The notes under the pieces were generated by a model. The model worked only from the letters and a program-made list of their open reading frames with translations, searched no databases and had not been told where the DNA came from. This document shows positions 49,861-57,126 of a stretch of DNA of 64,000 nt, in pieces; within the stretch, counting starts at the first letter, position 1, and every line of letters begins with the position of its first letter. A program made the translations under genes and the position numbers. This DNA is from a virus: the IMG/VR virus record IMGVR_UViG_3300029982_000012; one strand, 5' to 3'.

Positions 49861-49961
49861 TTGCGGTAGGCGACGGAATCGAACCGTACTTATACCTGCC
49901 TTAGCGAAGGTGGAATCGAACCACCGTGAGGAGTTACCCCAGACCAACTCACCTACCGCAA
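49861..49961 (-). ncRNA. tRNA-like RNA with two T-arms and no anticodon arm
   Basis: 12-bp closing stem, D-like hairpin, GGTGG-TTCGATT-CCACC and ACGG-TTCGATT-CCGT. Confidence 0.65.
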
Positions 49962-49968
49962 ACTTTAA

Positions 49969-50145
49969 TTATCCTTTTAGTTTAGCTTCAAGAATTGCAA
50001 TTTGTTCTTTTACGTATTGAACTTTATTGTTAAGGCCGGAATCCGTGGTGTCTGTGTTCTTGGATCCACTTAGTTGTTTCTTGAGGTTCTCAAGAGCTAC
50101 GGTACGTTTTTTCTTTACATTGCCTGGAAAATTAGTTGGGTTCAT
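49969..50145 (-). CDS. small hypothetical protein
   Basis: AAGGA RBS before MNPTNF. Confidence 0.5.
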   Translation of the reverse strand: MNPTNFPGNVKKKRTVALENLKKQLSGSKNTDTTDSGLNNKVQYVKEQIAILEAKLKG

Positions 50146-50176
50146 ATTGATCCTTCTTTCTTTTAATAGTATATCA

Positions 50177-50488
50177 TTATACTTTGGTAAAGTCAATTTT
50201 ATTTTTAATAACTCTTCGGTACATTCCAGTACATCCAACAGCGCCCCTATCTTCTGGATCAATCATAAGACCCCTAGATGCAAGGACTTTTTCTGCTTCC
50301 TTGATATGTTCTTGATACTGTGAACCGGTTTGGCGATGAATGTCCATGCCTCCGTTTGTATACACCAAGAGTTTTACCTGGAAAATAGTTCCGTTCCACC
50401 CATCGTCTGGTCCTTCAAATATGGCTTCCTGAGTACCACCTACATCCTTACAAACTTCAAATAGCGGTAATCGTTCCATACTATTCAC
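50177..50488 (-). CDS. hypothetical protein
   Basis: ORF in tandem array. Confidence 0.55.
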   Translation of the reverse strand: MNSMERLPLFEVCKDVGGTQEAIFEGPDDGWNGTIFQVKLLVYTNGGMDIHRQTGSQYQEHIKEAEKVLASRGLMIDPEDRGAVGCTGMYRRVIKNKIDFTKV

Positions 50489-50747
50489 CTAAAATAGCTT
50501 TCTTCAAATTTTTCATTTGATATTCATGACAGGACTTGTTTTTCCAGTTATCGGTACAATAAGAATCTACATAATTAACCATACAATATGCTCTGGCGGA
50601 ATCGCTATCTGGCATACCCTCACATTTGTTCTCTGCCATCTCAACAATCTCTTTCATGGTAGGATCTTTAAGTCCAAAATAAAAGCATAGGGCCGCAACC
50701 GGTAATAGGATAAAACAAAGGGTGATCTTAAATTGAGTATGTTCCAT
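50481..50747 (-). CDS. small membrane-anchored Cys-rich protein
   Basis: TM helix plus four Cys. Confidence 0.55.
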   Translation of the reverse strand: MEHTQFKITLCFILLPVAALCFYFGLKDPTMKEIVEMAENKCEGMPDSDSARAYCMVNYVDSYCTDNWKNKSCHEYQMKNLKKAILGE

Positions 50748-50748
50748 A

Positions 50749-51027
50749 TTATTGAAGAGATGCGAAGAAATCCTCACATTTAGATCCTGTGCGTGGATTC
50801 TTAAGTTTGCGTTTCAGGGGTTTTTTAGACTTACCTTTTTTAATAAGTTTTCTACATTGCTTTGGATGCATGTGATGTCTTTCTTCTGGCCAATCAGTTG
50901 GCTTGCAAATTAATCGATCCCATTTATCATATCCAACAACGGTAGCTTTGTCGCCATCCCAAAAAGTAGAATTTCCGTCTCCACACCCGTACATCTTAAT
51001 TTTTGTACCTATCTTAAATTTTTCCAT
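50749..51027 (-). CDS. hypothetical protein (SH3-like, basic tail)
   Basis: Start at MEKFKIG after upstream stop. Confidence 0.5.
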   Translation of the reverse strand: MEKFKIGTKIKMYGCGDGNSTFWDGDKATVVGYDKWDRLICKPTDWPEERHHMHPKQCRKLIKKGKSKKPLKRKLKNPRTGSKCEDFFASLQ

Positions 51028-51028
51028 A

Positions 51029-51340
51029 TTAATCATCATCTTCCCAACCACAACCCTTTTTCGGTCTTGTGGTATCAATATCAATACCTTTCTTGGTACG
51101 ATCTTGGGCAAACCACTCTTTATCAAACTGAGCGTCTTTTGCTTCAACTAAACCATCGATTGGATCTGGTTTGAATTCTATGCCTAATTTCTGTGCAAAT
51201 TTAATGGCGTCATTATAAGTACTCACAGCGTATGTAGCTCTACCATGTGCGTACCTACGCGCCATCCATTGGATTTCTTTGATTATGAACTCTCTTTGTG
51301 TACATCCGTGACAAGGCTCTTGTTTCTTTTCTTTTTTCAT
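51029..51340 (-). CDS. hypothetical protein
   Basis: WMARRYA.GR.TYA; tandem array. Confidence 0.6.
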   Translation of the reverse strand: MKKEKKQEPCHGCTQREFIIKEIQWMARRYAHGRATYAVSTYNDAIKFAQKLGIEFKPDPIDGLVEAKDAQFDKEWFAQDRTKKGIDIDTTRPKKGCGWEDDD

Positions 51341-51341
51341 A

Positions 51342-51719
51342 TTAATCGGCCTGAACTACTTTTATGGTTTCTACATCACATATTGGGACGTAGGTATCTG
51401 TTTCATTATGAAAATATCGGGAAGCCTTAAAAGACTGTTCGATCTTTGTCTCGGCCAATTCTTTAGACGTGTGCGTAAGATAAGTCCAATGGAAAAAATG
51501 TTCAATATCGTAGTTAGGCTTAAAAAATTTAGACTCATAAGCCGTACCGTTCTTAGCGGTTACCACAATTTTAAATGGTGGCTTCTGTAATTCTTTATAA
51601 AGCCATTCTTTGGCGTCGGATTCAACTTTGGCGCGTTCTTTTTTTTTAGACTTACAATCTAACCAAATAGATAGTGGGATACATGCAAGGAACATACAGA
51701 TAAAAAATAAACCAATCAT
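51342..51719 (-). CDS. membrane-anchored hypothetical protein
   Basis: N-terminal TM. Confidence 0.6.
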   Translation of the reverse strand: MIGLFFICMFLACIPLSIWLDCKSKKKERAKVESDAKEWLYKELQKPPFKIVVTAKNGTAYESKFFKPNYDIEHFFHWTYLTHTSKELAETKIEQSFKASRYFHNETDTYVPICDVETIKVVQAD

Positions 51720-51904
51720 TTTGCGTAAATCTCCTTAAAAGTTTCTTTGTCCAAATCGCCCTCTTCAACCCGCGTAATAGCACAAATTAAGGTAAGAATC
51801 GCAATTGCATGCTTGGGCTCGAACATTCCGCTTAATGTGCGAATTGTACGAATTGCAGTCTGATGACCATCGATATATTCATCTAAAAGAGATTTGATTG
51901 TCAT
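51716..51904 (-). CDS. hypothetical protein
   Basis: ATGA coupling. Confidence 0.55.
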   Translation of the reverse strand: MTIKSLLDEYIDGHQTAIRTIRTLSGMFEPKHAIAILTLICAITRVEEGDLDKETFKEIYAK

Positions 51905-51905
51905 T

Positions 51906-52394
51906 TTAAAACCTACTCTTTACTAATACGCCATCGGCAAAAATAAAATCTGACAATTCATAGGCTTGTATTGGAATTCCTTTTTTGGGAAACCGCTCAA
52001 AATGTTTTTTCTGAACAAAAAAACTTAACCGTTCTGGTTTTTGGCTTCCTTTTGGAAGAAATGTAAGGTACAGATTGTCTGGTACTTTTCGTGATACTAA
52101 AATATATTCATTCATTTGAAGCGAGAACCCTTTTTCTTCGGCTTCCTTCTTAGAAAGAGTCCCTGCACGTTCGCCCTCTTTGGCCTTACGGACATAATCA
52201 AGATCACGGTAGTAGGTAAATATCCCTTTTGGTTTAACGATCTTGTAGACCAACTTTGTTTCTTGGTCTTGAGCATAAATATCAGTGCCGAGTTCGGCCA
52301 TAATAACATTTAGTTTTTCGTAAGCTTGCTCTAGCTCTTCTTTAACTCGCTCTACATTTTTTGCAGCTTCGATGAATTGATTTTCTTGTGACAT
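51906..52394 (-). CDS. hypothetical protein (possible fusion of two ORFs)
   Basis: AGGAGA RBS. Confidence 0.6.
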   Translation of the reverse strand: MSQENQFIEAAKNVERVKEELEQAYEKLNVIMAELGTDIYAQDQETKLVYKIVKPKGIFTYYRDLDYVRKAKEGERAGTLSKKEAEEKGFSLQMNEYILVSRKVPDNLYLTFLPKGSQKPERLSFFVQKKHFERFPKKGIPIQAYELSDFIFADGVLVKSRF

Positions 52395-52402
52395 ATTTTC
52401 TC

Positions 52403-52648
52403 CTAGTATTTTAATTTAATTACCATTTCAGAATCTGTGTCCTGATTTGTAATACCTACGGTTGCTGTTGAAGAGCCGCTATTGCCCCTTCCAGATCCAC
52501 CGCCTCCGCCGCATTTAACAGAAACACTAACCCACTTTACTCCTTTTGGTACCACGAAGACACCTTCACCGGTTTTAAGTGGTTTCTTTTTTAAAAAACG
52601 GAACAGAGATGCGGTTAATAAGGACCCAATTAATACTCCTAAAATCAC
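52403..52648 (-). CDS. small membrane protein with glycine-rich fibre-like motif
   Basis: TM then G.FVVPKGVKWVSV...GGGGG. Confidence 0.5.
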   Translation of the reverse strand: MILGVLIGSLLTASLFRFLKKKPLKTGEGVFVVPKGVKWVSVSVKCGGGGGSGRGNSGSSTATVGITNQDTDSEMVIKLKY

Positions 52649-52887
52649 TTTACTTCTCCTGTATCTGCGAACCGTAAGAGCTTCTTTGCAATCTGTCTAG
52701 CCTGTACGCGGTTAAGGTGCATTCTGTTATTTACATCCTTGTTGTCCATATGAGGTCCGGTATTGCTTAGACCAAGCCAAATACACTCTCTTTCGGCATT
52801 ACTGCTATGTTGTAAGGTGCAAACTTGGGCATAGTCATCTGCAAATTCTAGGTATCCAAACCCACGACCTGTTGTTTTGAATTTCAT
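52645..52887 (-). CDS. hypothetical phage protein
   Basis: RGF...F.D.Y...C.LQ.SS.A...IWLG...RMHL. Confidence 0.7.
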   Translation of the reverse strand: MKFKTTGRGFGYLEFADDYAQVCTLQHSSNAERECIWLGLSNTGPHMDNKDVNNRMHLNRVQARQIAKKLLRFADTGEVK

Positions 52888-53120
52888 GGTTGCTCCAATC
52901 TCATTTTGACTGTTTTTGGTTGCTCTTCATCTAATACGATCCTGTATGAGGTCTCACAACCTTCGCAGTAAGTTTGATCTCCATCTACAGAAATCGCTAT
53001 TCCTACAGGAACTTCATCTAAACAATACGTTCTTAAAAGACAGTCTCCGGCCTTACTTTGGTATTCTAAGGATGAACCGCAATTAGGACAGCTTGCCATT
53101 ACACTATCAAACATTCCCAT
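52884..53120 (-). CDS. zinc-ribbon protein
   Basis: MGMFD...CPNCG...QSK...C..C. Confidence 0.65.
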   Translation of the reverse strand: MGMFDSVMASCPNCGSSLEYQSKAGDCLLRTYCLDEVPVGIAISVDGDQTYCEGCETSYRIVLDEEQPKTVKMRLEQP

Positions 53121-53121
53121 A

Positions 53122-53358
53122 TTATGACCCCTGGGAAGTAACTACTTCCATATCGCTGTGTTTTATTTGATATTTTTCCCATGCAGCAACTAGATCGTCT
53201 AAAGCGCCCTTCCAATCAACTTGGCCTTTACGTCTAGACTGTTTGTTGACTTCATAGGCCCATACAGCTGTATCGACCGCTTTAAGAAGTTCTATTAATG
53301 ATTCTGGTGTTGGGTGTTTCACTGTAATTAGTGTACCAAATAAGGTAGGATTAGTCAA
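53122..53358 (-). CDS. hypothetical protein
   Basis: ORF in array. Confidence 0.5.
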   Translation of the reverse strand: MTNPTLFGTLITVKHPTPESLIELLKAVDTAVWAYEVNKQSRRKGQVDWKGALDDLVAAWEKYQIKHSDMEVVTSQGS

Positions 53359-53370
53359 TAATAAAAATAC

Positions 53371-53399
53371 GTGAATTTTTAAAAAAGATATGATATATT
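53371..53399 (+). promoter_or_regulatory. putative sigma70 extended -10 promoter for plus-strand tRNA-like RNA
   Basis: GTGAAT-N17-TATATT with TGn extension. Confidence 0.45.
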
Positions 53400-53427
53400 C
53401 TTATTAGTACCCTTAATCGGGTATAGT

Positions 53428-53498
53428 CTTACTGATCATTTTAGTAGCCTAAGACCATGCCTAGCATGGAACGTCGGTGCAAGTCCGGCTCAGTAAGC
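53428..53498 (+). ncRNA. tRNA-like RNA with anticodon loop reduced to CUA triloop
   Basis: CTTACTGA/TCAGTAAG acceptor, TTTT-AGTAGCCT-AAGA D arm, CCATGC-CTA-GCATGG, GTCGG-TGCAAGT-CCGGC T arm; no encoded CCA. Confidence 0.6.
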
Positions 53499-53527
53499 GT
53501 TCAGGTTGCCTGATCAGCGTAAAACCC

Positions 53528-53725
53528 TTAAAAAAGGTTCCCTGTTTTTAATTTTTCGAGTTCTTTTTCGAGTTCTTCGATACGACTATTTAAATGGAAT
53601 ACTTCTTTTAATAGAAAACCATTTTCTTTTGCAAGAAATACATTGAAATTACCAAAATCAAGTGGGCTCTCGATCTCTGGTTTCTTGGTAAATGGTGCTA
53701 TTAATACGGCTAATAGTTTCTTCAT
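53528..53725 (-). CDS. hypothetical protein
   Basis: AAGGAAG RBS before MKKLL; the longer ORF-track start overlaps the tRNA. Confidence 0.5.
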   Translation of the reverse strand: MKKLLAVLIAPFTKKPEIESPLDFGNFNVFLAKENGFLLKEVFHLNSRIEELEKELEKLKTGNLF

Positions 53726-53739
53726 ACTTCCTTTAAAAA

Positions 53740-53881
53740 TGGGTCCAAGGGGCATGACTCGAACATGCGACACCCAGTTTATCATTCTGGTACTCTACCT
53801 TTAAGGTTACAATCATTCGGTCTGCGTTTCCCTTAAGACTACTCCGCAAACTTCCTTTTCACCATCTGAGTTACCCTTGGA
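53740..53881 (-). tRNA. tRNA-Ile(GAT)-like gene with 64-nt insertion in the D loop
   Basis: (T)CCAAGGG/CCCTTGG(A) acceptor, ACTC/GAGT D stem, CCAG/CTGG stem around AT-GAT-AA, GCATG-TTCGAGT-CATGC, 3' CCA. Confidence 0.65.
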
Positions 53882-53973
53882 AAATTGTAACCTACCGGTA
53901 TGGTGAGTTACTTGCAGTTATGCTGTCTGTGGCAGCACCGCACTTCAATCCACAGAATCCTTCAAGTCTAATA

Positions 53974-54374
53974 TGGTGGACCTGAGAGCATCGAAGCCCT
54001 GTCCGTCGATCATTTCAAAATCAATCTACGAGCGTAGGCCGTTTAAAGTCCGGCTCAGACTTAGGACCATCACGATTAAATGACGGGCTCCACCATCTTT
54101 GTGTGGCAACCCCAAAGCGGGTATAGAAGCAAGCCAAACTCACCACTTGGATCGGCAGGTGACGCCGTTGTTTCCAGAATTATTTTACACAGTCACTGGA
54201 TACTGCGACAAACTTCTTATTTCTAAGCTGCTTGTAACTCTTCGTACTCTTCGTACAAAGAATCTTGAGAGTCTAACTCTGCATTTGTTTTTGATCAATT
54301 TTTAAGGTAGCCGTTGATCAACTACCGCTCGCATAATAATGTCCTAAACCTCCGTCGAAAACCTTTACAGGCCC
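53974..54374 (-). ncRNA. ssrA: tmRNA
   Basis: 5' GGGCCTG...TTCGAC, 3' CAGGTCC-A-CCA with G3:U70; tag ORF 54282-54223 reads AELDSQDSLYEEYEELQAA*. Confidence 0.93.
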
Positions 54375-54379
54375 AGATT

Positions 54380-54387
54380 TAAGATTG
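54380..54387 (-). promoter_or_regulatory. putative late promoter CAATCTTA (also 1433, 9690, 13165, 14655, 26378, 29072, 36849; variant at 48173)
   Basis: Identical octamer 5-48 nt upstream of eight minus-strand genes, mostly structural. Confidence 0.7.
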
Positions 54388-54414
54388 CCACTGATTTGAG
54401 TGGATGTCAATGAC

Positions 54415-55176
54415 TTATTTGATTAAATTTAGGACGCTCAATACAATCGGATCAATAGCCATATTTGATCGAACTTTGATCCTAAATATTTTCCACCCAT
54501 TTTCTATGGCCCATTGATCTTTTTCGTCTTCGTATTCTTTAACACATTGATATCCGTGACCTAATCCATCGAATTCGATTAGGATTTTAGTATCAAATAA
54601 GGCAAGATCGTAAATAAAATTCCCCATTCCGAATTCAAACTCGTGCCGTATTTCCTTTATATCTAAAATATTTTTTATTTCCTGATATTTCCAGGCCTCT
54701 CTGAGTTTAAGAGCTTCTTTCGGAGAAATGAGATTGCTTAATGCTTTCTGTTTAAATATTGGATCTACCCTTATTTTTTCTTTCATCGTATCTGACAGCT
54801 TTTTACGACTCTCTTCTGTGTGATCTCTAGAATGGCGCACGTAGAGGCAGTTTTTGGCGCTACAAAATTTATTGTCTCTTTCTTTAAACGATAAGGGATT
54901 TTTACAGTTTACACAGAATTTAGGATTAGCACAATATATGCGTATTGTTTCAAAAAGCTCTTTTCCTCTACGTTCTTTCATGTATTTGGATATACTACTG
55001 TACCCATTTGCGGCTCGTTTGTTGGCCGCTGCTTGTTTTTGATTTTTTGTTTCTTCGGAAAGTAAGGGATTATCTGGATATTTAACAGCGAACTGTTCTA
55101 GAGACATATCGTGCATTTTTAAATGAGAATTTGTCAATTGTTTAAAATTTCTACTACAAATGGGACAACTGATCAT
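54415..55176 (-). CDS. homing endonuclease (DUF559/Vsr-like) with zinc fingers
   Basis: CPIC...HL..H, YDL......ILIEFDG..H...D..KD..A...GWKIFRI. Confidence 0.8.
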   Translation of the reverse strand: MISCPICSRNFKQLTNSHLKMHDMSLEQFAVKYPDNPLLSEETKNQKQAAANKRAANGYSSISKYMKERRGKELFETIRIYCANPKFCVNCKNPLSFKERDNKFCSAKNCLYVRHSRDHTEESRKKLSDTMKEKIRVDPIFKQKALSNLISPKEALKLREAWKYQEIKNILDIKEIRHEFEFGMGNFIYDLALFDTKILIEFDGLGHGYQCVKEYEDEKDQWAIENGWKIFRIKVRSNMAIDPIVLSVLNLIK

Positions 55177-55184
55177 TTACAAAA

Positions 55185-55526
55185 CTATCCAAGACCCACA
55201 AAATACATGTGGCACCGGTTTGAACAGAAAGCGTAATTTGACTCAAAAGAAAAATCAGCTTCTTTCCCTTCTTTACCACATTCTGAACAAGAAACGTTAC
55301 CATCAAACTCCACGTATACACCCGAACCATTGGAAGGAAACTGTTTTGCTGTAGGATCTACGATAGTACCGTCTGGTTTGGTACACCACCAATGAGGCTG
55401 CTCTCCCCAAACATGGCAATAATAATGACCACGAACTAAGGTTAAAGTTGGATCTTGGGCACAAAGTTCTTCGGACATTTCTTTACATTTACCACGATAT
55501 TGTAAGTAATCTGATTCTTCGCTCAT
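55185..55526 (-). CDS. hypothetical protein, possible transglutaminase/papain-like fold
   Basis: GKC...HWW....G.IVDPT..QF plus C-terminal CxxC...CxxxC. Confidence 0.55.
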   Translation of the reverse strand: MSEESDYLQYRGKCKEMSEELCAQDPTLTLVRGHYYCHVWGEQPHWWCTKPDGTIVDPTAKQFPSNGSGVYVEFDGNVSCSECGKEGKEADFSFESNYAFCSNRCHMYFVGLG

Positions 55527-55801
55527 ACTAAACTCCCCTTAAATAATTTACCTTGTTTAAATCTACGATTAATTCTGCGCTTACGTCTTTTGTCTGGTCT
55601 TGCTACTTTACCAGAATCAAGGCACTTCAAAGAACACCAAACCTCGCCATAACCCCAAGGTAAAGAATGATGGCCCCAAGCCTTTGAATATTTGGGCTTT
55701 TTACCGCAGGCCACACATCTATGATACTCTATGAAACTCCCAATATAATTAGGATCGCCAAAAGGAAACCATTTATTTAGGGGTACTGGATATATGCTCA
55801 T
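55523..55801 (-). CDS. hypothetical zinc-finger protein
   Basis: CVACG...CSLKC. Confidence 0.55.
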   Translation of the reverse strand: MSIYPVPLNKWFPFGDPNYIGSFIEYHRCVACGKKPKYSKAWGHHSLPWGYGEVWCSLKCLDSGKVARPDKRRKRRINRRFKQGKLFKGSLV

Positions 55802-55840
55802 AATATAATTCCCGGCTTAAGTACAAAATATGTTGTCATT

Positions 55841-56083
55841 TTATTTCCTTTTATTCTCTAGCCAATCACGGAAACGGTTGGCAGCATCTGGACAAAGGCC
55901 ATTCATTTCTTCATAACAAGAAAACTTTTCTGGAGCCTTTACGTATTTTTCACATACATGGATTGACGCCTGATAGCAACCACTTGCGTAACTCATTTCT
56001 GACATCTTCATGCGCCTTGTACGATCTGGATCTGCAGTAGAGCAAGAAGTAATAATTATAAAAAGTAAAAATATCCTAGTCAT
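55841..56083 (-). CDS. putative lipoprotein
   Basis: Hydrophobic N-terminus plus ITSC lipobox. Confidence 0.55.
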   Translation of the reverse strand: MTRIFLLFIIITSCSTADPDRTRRMKMSEMSYASGCYQASIHVCEKYVKAPEKFSCYEEMNGLCPDAANRFRDWLENKRK

Positions 56084-56309
56084 AATATTGAAAAATCTTA
56101 AATTGAGTCTGTTCGTTCTCTATAGAAGTCTCTAGTATTTTTGCATGAGAAATTAAAACAGCACCATTAATATCAACTATAGCGACAGTTCTACCGACAA
56201 CGTTCATTGCGTTAATAACTTCAGGTAATACAAACCAATCCTTGACTAGGGCTGTTACTGGGCCAATTGACTCACGCGTGTCATGAAAATATATGCCGTA
56301 CTTATTCAT
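56076..56309 (-). CDS. hypothetical protein
   Basis: ORF in array. Confidence 0.5.
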   Translation of the reverse strand: MNKYGIYFHDTRESIGPVTALVKDWFVLPEVINAMNVVGRTVAIVDINGAVLISHAKILETSIENEQTQFKIFQYYD

Positions 56310-56480
56310 TTCAATTTCCTTGCAAGACCCAAAAGTCTGTCGCGATAATCCACGTCTGTTTCGAGTTGCGTATGTTCAGCCCTGGCAAAATCAGATTGCA
56401 GCCACATGCCCAATATGTACCCTAACCAATCAAGTTGGGGTCCGTAGGCGAGTTGAATGGCATATTCCAGAGCGCTCATG

Positions 56481-56861
56481 TTATTCCTTAGTAAGTTTTA
56501 TGACTAAACGACGAAGATGCTTGACCTGTTTTTCCAAAGAATCAATACGCTCATCAATAGTTTTTGGTCTAGGATATACTACGGGTTCACATAAAGGCCC
56601 AGATAATGCAGGGGTCGATTGACCTTCTCCAGCGCCTCCTGGCAGATAAGTATATCCATTGGATTTACCATACATAAAATCTTTGAAATCGCTTTCAAGC
56701 ATCATCTTTTTGCCTTGAACATCTGAGCAAAGTACATACGTGTGCTTTCTGTCTTTTAGTCTATAGGCATTATATTTAGGCGGATAACTGGTCAAAGTAA
56801 GGCTCGTGTCCGCAACATATTCTTCGTCATCTTTTTCAAAGACTGGATATTTATTAAACAT
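56481..56861 (-). CDS. hypothetical protein
   Basis: GAGGAG RBS before MFNKYP. Confidence 0.55.
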   Translation of the reverse strand: MFNKYPVFEKDDEEYVADTSLTLTSYPPKYNAYRLKDRKHTYVLCSDVQGKKMMLESDFKDFMYGKSNGYTYLPGGAGEGQSTPALSGPLCEPVVYPRPKTIDERIDSLEKQVKHLRRLVIKLTKE

Positions 56862-57126
56862 CTTGTTTCTCCTCTGGCCAATACTTATGAGCCACAAAGT
56901 CCGCTTGATCAATAGCTCTAGTCGCAAGATAAGACCCAATACTAACTTGGAGTGTTCCTGGACCTTTTAATCTCTGAATAAGTTCAATACTATCTCTAAA
57001 TTCTTCTACCATAACAGATACGCGATTTAAAAATTCTACGTCCATATAAATAAAGCCGGTACCTGCAGCATAATCAGGTTTATTTGCCATACAAATAATA
57101 TCGCGTAATTCTTGATAGGTTGACAT
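56854..57126 (-). CDS. hypothetical protein
   Basis: TAATG coupling. Confidence 0.55.
   Translation of the reverse strand: MSTYQELRDIICMANKPDYAAGTGFIYMDVEFLNRVSVMVEEFRDSIELIQRLKGPGTLQVSIGSYLATRAIDQADFVAHKYWPEEKQDV

Noticed and set aside
53797-53860. Group I intron or HDV-like (theta) ribozyme as identity of the tRNA insert
   Set aside because: Too short for a group I core; lacks the HDV P3/L3 and P1.1 elements.
54099-54305. 68-aa plus-strand ORF
   Set aside because: Antisense to the tmRNA.
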